A stretch of DNA of 32,000 bases from Pseudomonas phage PIP: the sequence record OR687155.1; one strand, given 5' to 3'. How positions within the stretch are numbered: the stretch's first letter is position 1; every line of letters starts with the position of its first letter. The translations under genes and the position numbers were made by a program. Of this stretch, positions 22,133 through 32,000 are shown piece after piece. The notes beneath the pieces are model-generated. The model worked only from the letters and a program-made list of their open reading frames with translations, had not been told where the DNA came from and made no database searches.

Positions 22133-25100
22133 CCTTTCTTAGTACGTGATGCAACTGTAGGACATCCTGAGCAGATGCAAGCACAAAATGGGCTTACGGC
22201 AAAATGCGACAGTCCATTTACCTGCTCCTAGAGCTATACCTGACCGCTTGCAGAATCCTGCAATCTTGTCCGTACTAATCTGAAACCGATGCCGGCAGGA
22301 ACCTACCAGGTAATCCAATCCATGGGCTTAGCACTAATCCCGAGCGGGGCACCTTGTCCCGTCCGTTGCATAGACGATCCCATTCCTGTACTTCGACAGC
22401 GTAGTACCAGCGGACCGATTTCACCAGATAATCCACCAGACTCTGGCTTGGACAGTCCATCCAGGTCGCCTTGTACGCGCGTCCGGTGTCCACTGTAGCA
22501 ATCCGATGGTACCATCCTGACCCAGCTAATCTTCCGAGAAGGGTACGAACCTCGCCAGTCCAGAAGTCCTGCGAACTGTGCGCGGGAGGCGGAATGCGAT
22601 CCCATACCTTGACTGCGCCATCTCATGCTGCGCACGGACACGAACTCCGTGATGATCCTTGCACCTGCGCACTGTAAATTAGTGACCGGTACGTCCTCCA
22701 CCAGTAGCGTCCGACAGTCTGGACGCAGACCGTATCCACCGGGTCCGTGCAAGCGTCCGCCATGTCCTCCTGAGCTATCCACGGGTTAGCATAGGTACCT
22801 TTGCACTCTGTAGAGTCTCCTGACTGCGATGTAGTTATCCATACCATGCGAATAGAGCGACTTGTAGATGGTGTCCCAACCGGAACTCTAAATCCTGTCC
22901 ACTGAGCGATGACCCAATCCATGACGTGCTGATCCCTTGCGCGGGCACTTTGACCATGATGCCCAGTGTCCGCGCTGACCACATGGATCCCAGCAAGTCC
23001 AGGCGCCCGACCAGCAACTAGTAGGCTTAGCTGGCCACCACTACCATCTGAACCAGAAAATTAGGGGAGTAGAGGACCGAATACTTGCTATCCAGCTACC
23101 GAACGAACCATTGACCGTAACCTGAGTGAGCCTGCTGTTACTCTACCACTTCGTCCTGGCTGCACATACACCGACCAACGATGTCCTTATACACGTGAAG
23201 GAACGTCAAATGAGGTGATGCGGGTACAGACTGAGGTCCGAGATGATGAACGGGTAGTACGACGCCACGATCCTTACCGACCAGGGGATGTATTCTACCG
23301 CTACAGGCACGCTGTAAGCTCGCTGCTGTGCAGACCGCCGATGCCCATGCGATACACGCTGCCGTTGATAACTGAGTTGAGCGCCTTAACCTCCGGGCAT
23401 GCCGATGGAAACTAAATCCAATCCATAAGGAAGTCCGCATCCGCAACGACAACCTGAAATCCAGTCCACCAGGTGCGACTGGTAGCGAATGAAGTGGGGC
23501 ACTCTGTAGCGGTACGCTGCACCCACTCCACGACGGGTTCCGGCTTGAAATCCTATGCGACGTACCAACCCTCCAGCGATATAGACTCCAGTGACCCGAG
23601 CACCGACTTGCTGCGAAGTACCGATGCCTGTTCATCCGGATAGCGTAGTGCGCAGACCGAGGTGATCCCGCAAGCACCCGTGAAGGAACGCGGTGTCCAC
23701 TGTTCGCTGTTGATGTTGTACCAGCGCACGCAGGCAACCTGTCCAGGGCTGAGCACGGTACCAGGGGTGGAACGGCAGATCCTGCATGCGGGGAACGTGC
23801 AAGCGACCCATAGACCTCCAGGGCTGGCGCGGAGCGGAGCTACCCGACCGAAATTGACAAAATCAACCCAACGTCCTCCATTTTGTACTGTTCCACCGAT
23901 ACCGAAACTGCGCCTACCTCCAAGAATGACCTGGTCCACCGCGTGCTCAGTAATGCGTTTGGCTTTACCCGCAAGTGCAAGGAATGTGACCGGTGTTCGC
24001 ATGACAGGGAGTTGAACCCGACGTACCGTGGTGTCCCAATACCAGCGCAGTTCCGACGGCGGGATGCCCACCGCATAATCCCAAAATACTGCTTGTCCGT
24101 AGCGAGCGAACCGAAATGAGGCGATGAAATAGTCCTATAACAACCTGATACCGAATAGCAGCCCACTGTACCATTGCTAGCGTAACAATCTGTACCGTCC
24201 ACCATAAGCACGGGGAAGCGCAGAGTCCTCCGAATCCCGGCAGGTACTGGGCGTAACTCACAGGGATCCCGGCGGTGTGCGTTACTCCCACCCTTGGGAG
24301 GTGGTAACTGACCCAGAATAATCCTAGAGCGCCTAGCCTGCACCTGATCCCACCGAGCGCTATAGGGCCGTGGTGCTGGGTTACATGTTACAGGCGTATG
24401 CCGATGATTGTACCTCTTGGTCGACCCTATAGAACAGGTAGGGGTCCGGGTACGTGCTGAAGCTCGATTCGTGCTATGATCCTCCAGGCAGTTTGAGCAA
24501 TCCTGACCTGATACACACCTGAACGGGAAGTCCATCTATACCGAACGATGTCCTCCGCCCCACCTGATATAAATCTGGACCGCTCCATTGTGGAAGAACG
24601 CGCATCCCAGCTTACCGGCGAACGGTTTAACCATTCCGAACCTCCGAACAGGCGGGAATCCATACCATCCGGGTTGTCCTATCCACCGAGCACTTCTGAC
24701 AGTATCAACCAAATTGAAGTATACAGTTGGTCCTGAATCCAGCGTCCACCGGTGTAATGGAATGTGATGCTGTTACCAGTGCGCTGTGCGTGCGTGGGCG
24801 CTCCGTTGATACGGACCATCCTGATTACTTCAGGGATGTTGGCGGTGAAGGGAACCGGCGAACCGAATCCAGTATCCCATCAGGCACACGTTATCCGTGG
24901 CGAACGCAGATCATCCTGAGCAAGATGCTCCATCCAAGGGCGGGACGCACCGTTACTGACGAACGGTGCAAGCACCCGGTACGCCTGGAGAAGCGCCCAT
25001 TACCGAGACCGATGTGACCACCCGGCACCATGTGCGGCGTTCACACCGATGCAACCCGATGAACGCCCGGAACTTACCGGTCCTGAATGCGCAGCTGTCC

Positions 25101-27777
25101 GTGGGTTCGCGGCCCATACCATTGTACCGTTGTAGTCCAGGACCGCCCAGCACCAGCGGATCCACCTGGGGCTTGCAGTTCACACCAAGGGGATGGGGCT
25201 GGACAGCGCTGGCAGCCGTTATAGGAGCGCATATGTCCACTCCGATGGCAAAGTGAGTTCGTGGCGGGCAGGAGAATCCCTAGCGACTGCACCCTGCACG
25301 AACTTGAGTCCTTAAGCATTAGAAGAGTCCTGAATGCGCGTCCGGAACGTGTCCGGAGTGCGCAGCGTTGACCATTGTGTTGACCACTCCTGAACGATCC
25401 ACAGGTTGTAGGCGGCGCGTGACCCATACACGGTGGAAAGGCGTCCGAGCGTGAAACCGTGCTTTCCGGAGCAACCGCAGAACGTAATCCCGTCTGATGG
25501 GTATCAAAATTACATGCTGCCATGCACCATGCCTGCTGGGGATCCCGATACACCCACCGGAAGTGCCACCGTGTCCTGGCTGTGACCTGGGGTGATAATG
25601 CTACCGAATGCAGCGGACTGAACCCAAGAGGATGAGTTCACAGGAATACCACGGATAACGTCCATGATTGAACGGCCGTGATACCGAGCCTATGCACTCT
25701 TGACCTCCGGATTACGCTACTACCGGTGAGGTAGTGATCCCAGATCCCATCCAGCTCAGATGCAGAGCTGCTGTGTGCTGGAGCCCACTGAGCCGCGAGC
25801 GTGATGTATCCGTAGTCCGCGACGTACCATCCAAGATAATCGCCCATCCAGCGTGGAAGCAGGGAAGGGCTTGTCGCGCTGTCCGATCCCGAATTGATTG
25901 CTCATAACGGCAATAACCATTGATGCCATCCAGCACGGATGTCACCATGACACCAACTCCGACGCGGATGATGATCCTGGTTGTGGTTGATATAACCGCA
26001 ACAATCTGGCGACGCTAATTCCGACGCCCAGCGTGTAAGCAGAGAACGTCCTGGATCCAGGAACACTTGAGCACCAACCGCGGCGCATACCACCGACATA
26101 CCGCTGTTTTACCGACGTAGTGGTACGACCCGAGAATGTGAGGAAGATCCTGCAGATGTCCTGTTCCGTGTCCTACCAGCTTGGCATGGCGCGACCTGAT
26201 CCATAAATCCTGTTTGTATAGACTTCCGTGAATATGTCCATGAGATCCTAAAATGTAGGGGCAACCCGAAGACGATCCCTACATTATAGCGAACTAGCTG
26301 TTACTGGGCAAGCTCGAAGAAACCGGCACGGGTATCAGCCCATCCTCCACTGCACTGCGAAGAGCAGATCACCATGGTGGAGTCCCTGCTGGCAGATGCC
26401 ATGCGATCCGATGCACATGTGGCGTACCTTGATGACTACACTGACGTCCTTGGTTCCAGGGTGTCCGGAACAGTGCATCCAGGACCCACCGGTGAGCCGT
26501 CCTGCACTTGCAAGCGGCGAGCATACATATCCGCCAGGCGGGACAGCTTGCTGGTTCAACGATACGACCGTCCGGGATGAAGTGACCGTGACTGTGCCGA
26601 AGACCGGCGCGAGGTGATGCCCGCAATGGGAATAGATGGGGATGCCGCGCACTACCACGACCCACCATAGGTTCCGTGCCACCCTGAACACTCTAGGATG
26701 GCCTCCAATCCGCACGTAACTGCACACCAGTGGCGCCAGATCTTAGCGACGCGATGCGGAGTCCTGAGCAGACCTCCATGGGCAGGACCACCGACGTACT
26801 GGAGCAGACGGCGGATAGCTATCCCGATGCCGGACCTGGCATCATCCACGGGAATACGAATCCAGCGACTCTTGAACCTCCATCCACCTCCTACCGATGA
26901 GCACGAAGAAGGGTTTACCTGGGAATCACCGCACCAGTGGACCGACCTGTAGCCGCTACCGACCAGATCACCGATGAAGAAACCAGTTCCAAATCACCGG
27001 TGATGCTGAACCCTGCGAGTCCTTGCAGCAGGTACGCACGGGCACTACCGCGCGGTACGGGTAGCTTGGCAGGGTGTACCTACGGTAGCACTGAAGGCCT
27101 GAATGATCTGTTCACTCGCTGCGCGAGCGCTTGCATACCTGCTATGATCCAGAGTTCTGTTGCATGATAAACCCTAGTGAGCGTGAAAAGATGCGGAGCA
27201 CTTGCGCAACCTCCGACGCACAATGTACGAGCTTGATGCCGTTCCAGTGAGCGTTGTAACTGACCATTCAACGAGATGTTGAGCAATGTCCCGGCGGTAG
27301 GGTTGAAGGGAACGATGACGACCACCAACCGATTCTGGCAGCACTTCAACCATGTACCGTCCCAGATGAGCATCTTAGATCCCAATTAACCTGTTCACAT
27401 GCACAGGCGGGACTATACCGCTGAAACCGACCATGATACCGATGTTGATCCAGTCCTCCGTTCTGCAGGTGAAATGGACCCGATAGTTGTACGTGCAGAT
27501 GCGCGCATCTGACCCATGTTGGAAGACGCGGAATCCGCAGCTGATACCGTGATAATCGTTTGATTTGCCAGGGCATGTGGTTATCCTTACCGTTACTGTA
27601 AGAAATGACCTCCGAGGCCGTTGATACCAACGCGGTGGTACCGCATGTAGCACGGACCGCACGATCCCGCAATGCTGTCCATCCGCACGGTAGCAGTCCA
27701 GATCCACCGAGCGGTGATCACATGGAATCCTAGCGCCATGATCCTATGCTCCACCAGGGTTACCCACAGGCACCAGT

Positions 27778-27920
27778 GACCTGCATGTGTCCAACCGCAC
27801 TGCGTGAAAGGCAGCAGTACCGTTGAACTTGGCAATGAACCCGGTCCAGCTACCAGGGATACGCACCAGTTCCAGGTTGTTACCGAGGACGATAGTACCG
27901 AACCTGTCCGTTCCGCGTGC
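27778..27920 (-). CDS. Segment of a minus-strand structural protein, possibly tail fibre/receptor-binding
   Basis: Minus frame reads RGTDRFGTIVLGNNLELVRIPGSWTGFIAKFNGTAAFHAVRL without interruption, with realistic amino-acid composition. Confidence 0.45.
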
Positions 27921-29849
27921 AGGCAGTGTTCACACTGAGCAGCAGAAGGTCCTGCGCAGGCACCCATCCGTGAGCGAATCCGGCGTCCTTCCATGACCTT
28001 GCTACCAGCTTGCAGCAGCGGGGATTCGCTTGGCTTATACACGGGGAGCGGGAACACGGTGCAGGGCACGTCCAGCGCACCAGGCGGCAGCTCGCACCGC
28101 AACCATCCAAATCCTGCGCGGCTACCGTAGCAGAAGTGAATGAGCCCAATCCCGACTCCCGATGACTCCTGGACATAAGTGGCAGCGACCACACTGATCC
28201 AGAGCCACTACTACACACGACGAGCGCCCTGGAACGAGCATCCACACCGTACAGGGACCCACTGCGGATCCCGAGATGACCGCTGAAGTAGAAACCCATG
28301 ACTGAATACGGACCAATCATGCGCAAATTGCGTTGCATCCGGGAAGTAGTACCTGGCGCTTGCAAAGAAGACACCGACCTGTTACGACGAACCAGATGAG
28401 CCGATAATTTGCTGCTACCAGCAGATGATCCTCCGGTCTGCTATGAAATGCCAGGACCGCATAGCTGTCCTGAGCCGCTCCATACTCCGATGAAGTGGAG
28501 CGCGGTGCGGTACGCATTGGAACCACCACAGCGGTTGGCGATCCAGGACTCTGCAGACCGCCGCATACCGATAGGGGTGGGCACTTGCCAGTGCGCAGCG
28601 CCCACCGTTGGCGATGGTGCCGTTATGCACGATGGACCAGTATCCCGCGCTGTAGGGGTTGCTGACCCATCCTGGGACTCACCAAGTGACGTAATCTGGT
28701 TACCGGTCCGGTCCGCAGGTTGCTGATAAAGGTAGCGGACGACACGACCGCCCTGAAGAACCCGACAGGCGATCCGATCCTCCGAAATCCTTGTACCGGT
28801 GTCCTGATAACGATGTCACCACTGTAGTCCACCAGGGAAGTCCCGACCACCGCGACTGCGTCCATGGCTGTGTAGCCATAATATGGTCCAGCAGGCTGTT
28901 GACCCAGACCGTGTTCAGGTGTACCAGTCCCACACCAAGCGTTTGACGATTGCGCACATAGCCCATCCATGTTGATGACCCTGTGGACCCAGTAGTTGAA
29001 GGATGTAACCGAATTCATGCAGGATCCGATGACCGCTTGCAGGTTGAGGCGGTTGAGTCCTCCAATCCTTGGATCCACCTGGTTGCAGGTAGAACCGGAC
29101 GCGTCCAGTCCTGGGCGGACGGGCGACATACGGGCTTTACCCGATGTCCAGAGCACGCAAGGGCAGACCACCAACCTATGGATGCTACCCATGTGCGACC
29201 ATGTATTTGAAGCAGCAGGCAACGCTGATGCGAGGATGCACTTGTCCGCCCGGGGCTGCATACCACATAGACGTCCGTCCGAATCGGGCATGGTGCTGTA
29301 AGGGTAATCTGACAGGTCCGAGCGTACCAGTTAATCCTGACCTGGACGTAGGTCCGTACCACCTGGGCATGTTGAGGAGCCCGTGATGATCCTGGCGAAA
29401 TGGTCCGCGCCGGTGATGACCACAGATCCGGTCTGACTGGTATCCCGCACCTTACCGAGGATCCCGGATGTCTGCAGCGCGCCGACCTGGTGGAAATGGT
29501 ACCGCATGCGGGGCATTGCAGATTGCACCCTGTAATCGAACGAATACGGAAGGGGTCCCAGCAGAGCACTCCATCCTGGATGGTGTGAAAGATGCTGTGT
29601 AAGGACAGCAGGCCCAGCGCTTTTGGTGCGTCCCGATGGGTTGTAAGTCCATGGAACCCGGTAGATAGCAAAGGGCAATCCCGTCCTTGCAGGTTCTGCT
29701 GGGCGGGATGTCCAGGGCGCTTTATTGTAGCAGGTAGAATCCGTCTGGCGCCGTGGAGTACCGCTCCAACCTGGGGACCCGATATGACCGGTGATGCCGT
29801 GGAACTTGTTTCGGCGGGCGTATCCGGCACGGACGTTGGTTCGTCCAGA

Positions 29850-30200
29850 CCACCGGCCCGGCCTGTCCCGATGGATCCGCCGATGGACGCGGGAGCGCCG
29901 TCCTGCAGGACACGCTACCGAAGATGTCCCAGGCCCGCCGCAGAGGGTAATCCGGCTCCGGGCGACGGATACCGTCCTGTCTGGGCATGCGGGCGGTCTG
30001 CGGGCAGCCTGGCACCGGCCCACCTGTCCTCCAGCAATCCTGGTGGACTCCTGCTCCAGGTACCGGTCTCCAACTCGAGGTCCTGGCAGTTCCTGGCAGC
30101 TCCGGCTCCATGCTTGACCTTGGCTCATCCTGATCCTTGTGGATCCTGGCAGTTCCACCAGCCTTGCTGGCTCCGATCTAGCCCGGCAGCGACCTGGTCC
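29850..30200 (-). CDS. Frame-disrupted collagen-like (Gly-X-Y) stretch of a tail fibre-like protein
   Basis: Minus strand contains GGA(G)CTGCCA-GGA(A)CTGCCA-GGACCTCGA (GLP-GLP-GPR if single extra bases are removed) and GGA CAG GCC GGG CCG. G-rich codon starts recur at ~9-10 nt spacing. Confidence 0.4.
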
Positions 30201-30779
30201 GGCAATCCCACCAGTACTCCTGGTGAAAGTGAATAAACCGTTGATGGACGGGATTGCAATGTACCAACCCAGGAGCAGGAGTGCAAGCGGGCAAACCGGA
30301 TAATCTTACGCGATCCGTGTCCTGCCAGCTGCTGTCTGCTGGAGCTGCTAGTGCGTCCACTCAATCCCGTCCCAGCACGTCCAGTGATAATCCTTGCGCA
30401 AGGCGAGATCAGTGCCTTCCGACCGGTTCCAGTCCCACATGTACCAGCGACGTCCAGACCTGTCCAGGCACACTGCTGATCCTTGGGGCACCAGTTGCAG
30501 CGCGGGGCAGCAGTGGACTGCATAGGCCGCAGCACTGCTAGGCCGGTATGGTAGCACCGGCACGCACAGTACCGCCCGTAGTACCGGCAAACAACCCAGC
30601 AGGACGGGAAGCGCGGAACGAACCCTCCATACTTAGAAGTCCTATCACATCCCGAATACTAATCCATCCTGACGCTTGACCTGAGTCCATCCAGATCCAG
30701 ACAGGGAATCTGCAAACTGGAGGACCTGGATCTAACCCTGCGACAGGTATAAAATTGCTTATCCCGAAAGTACGACCGA

Positions 30780-31100
30780 AAAGCACCTGGACCCGATACC
30801 CATCTTGAAGCTTGATCACTGTACTGACCGGACAGACATCCATTGCGACCGGGAGTCCGATATGGACCAGACTGCACACAGCATCCACGACGAATGCTTA
30901 TGAACGACCTCCAGGTCCCAGGTACCAAGACTAACGTACACCTTCCATCCAACCGGAAGGGCGTCCTCCAGGTATGTGGCGCCGCAAGTGGCTACCGGCA
31001 TCCCATCCTGAACCTGAAGCGCCCAGGCGGTAGCGAACACCCGGAGAAGACCAGATAGAGCACAAGGATAATGGCTGCAAGCACTAACAGAAACTGAACT
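30780..31100 (-). CDS. Possible small membrane/lipoprotein-like protein (spanin-like by features only)
   Basis: Minus strand reads QFLLVLAAIILVLYLVFSGCSLPPG: a hydrophobic stretch followed by lipobox-like L-V-F-S-G-C (Cys codon at 31037-31039). Confidence 0.35.
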
Positions 31101-32000
31101 ATGGCATGTCCCGAGGGGCTTCCGTCCCGTTGCTAGTTATTACTGACGTACCGTGGATGCTGCTGAACTTGCTTCACTGGTAGAACCCGATGGACGCATT
31201 GTCCGGATCCAGTCGCGCCTCCGCTAGCACCCATTGCTTGGCGGTGGGCTGCTCAGCGCTACCATACCATCCAGCGAATCCCACACAGCACGGTACTGAC
31301 CACCCACGGAGGGCTCCTGATGCCGTTGCGTCCTCGCAGGCCTTTCCAACCTCCAGAGCCGCTGCTGGTGCGCTTGGCAGCGGCGGGAGCGCTGCGTCCT
31401 CCGTCCTGCTGGCACCCACCCAACGGCTGGAACCACCGCTGCCAGACTGCCCGGGGCGCTGACAGGCGTCCTTGGTGACCACAGTTCCGGCGCAGCTCCT
31501 CCAGTCCTTGGTACCAAGTGTAGTAGTGTCCAGCGCGGAACGCATGCCCATGGTCCATCCTACCGTAGTCCTGATGCAGTCCTTGTAGTTCTGACGGAGT
31601 CCCGATTTTACCCATTCCAGTTGAAGTTGACCAGTTTTAAGTCCTAGAGGTTGATGAATCCTCGACCGTTGTTTGATGCACTGCTGCAATCCATGAACCG
31701 TACTATAGACGAATCTGACAAAGATGTAAGTCCTTTCCAGGCTTTTAGTCCGTAAAAAGATTTTTACCCGGCAACCGAAACTGATTAGAACGGAATACCA
31801 CCATCCAGATCCGCATAGCTACCGGTCCGTTGTCCGTTGATCCCGAGCGGTGCGCTGTGGTAAAACGGTACGCTGGAATCCCACCACTACCATTGTCCTG
31901 AGTGCTGAACGCTGTGCCACCAAGCATACCGCAAGGATTCCGGATATCCTTGTTGATCCAGATCCTCAGGTGCGTGGGCGTGCGTACTTACCAGTACGTC

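Noticed and set aside
1-32000. Genetic-code reassignment (TGA or TAG read as sense) as the cause of short ORFs
   Set aside because: Recognisable proteins jump between frames at the break points, which needs indels. Recoding a stop codon would keep a single frame, and this does not.
1-32000. Decayed prophage with accumulated pseudogenes
   Set aside because: Shine-Dalgarno sites, starts and motif order are well preserved in every module, and the changes repeat one context (TTC -> TCC/GTCC). Neutral decay would not be this uniform, although I cannot exclude it without reads.
1-32000. Programmed ribosomal frameshifting or RNA editing as a new system
   Set aside because: Breaks occur in nearly all genes at many places without a common slippery site. 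A sequencing/read-out explanation is simpler.
1-32000. CRISPR array, tRNA genes, rRNA, insertion sequences or retroelements
   Set aside because: No regularly spaced direct repeats, convincing cloverleaf, rRNA motifs or transposase/reverse-transcriptase motifs were noticed on manual reading. A tRNAscan/Infernal run would be needed to exclude them.

Overview
This window looks like part of a tailed-phage (Caudoviricetes) structural/morphogenesis module. Almost every real gene is broken into short frame-shifted pieces, so the ORF track is misleading. Splicing frames by eye gives recognisable proteins on the + strand: a small Gly-rich NPW...NxTEQ protein (~3.4 kb), a major capsid protein (~3.74-4.79 kb), a small probable structural protein (~4.81-5.21 kb), a tape measure protein (~10.43-13.34 kb), and a MAYETGTAT...HFGFG phage structural protein (~14.83-15.79 kb). 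A hairpin terminator lies at ~21.18-21.20 kb. The remaining ~10.7 kb looks mainly coded on the minus strand, with tail fibre/receptor-binding-like segments, a probable collagen-like Gly-X-Y stretch and a hydrophobic segment with a lipobox. The most unusual signal is a recurrent, apparently non-random disruption. Where conserved motifs predict + strand TTC (Phe), the sequence repeatedly reads TCC or GTCC, often with indels, while minus-strand TTC is intact in at least one segment. This points to a systematic read-out problem, such as uncorrected long-read sequence or possibly modified thymines, rather than gene decay or genetic-code change. No convincing new defence or enzymatic system is visible. 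All homology statements come from recalled motifs; no database search was run.
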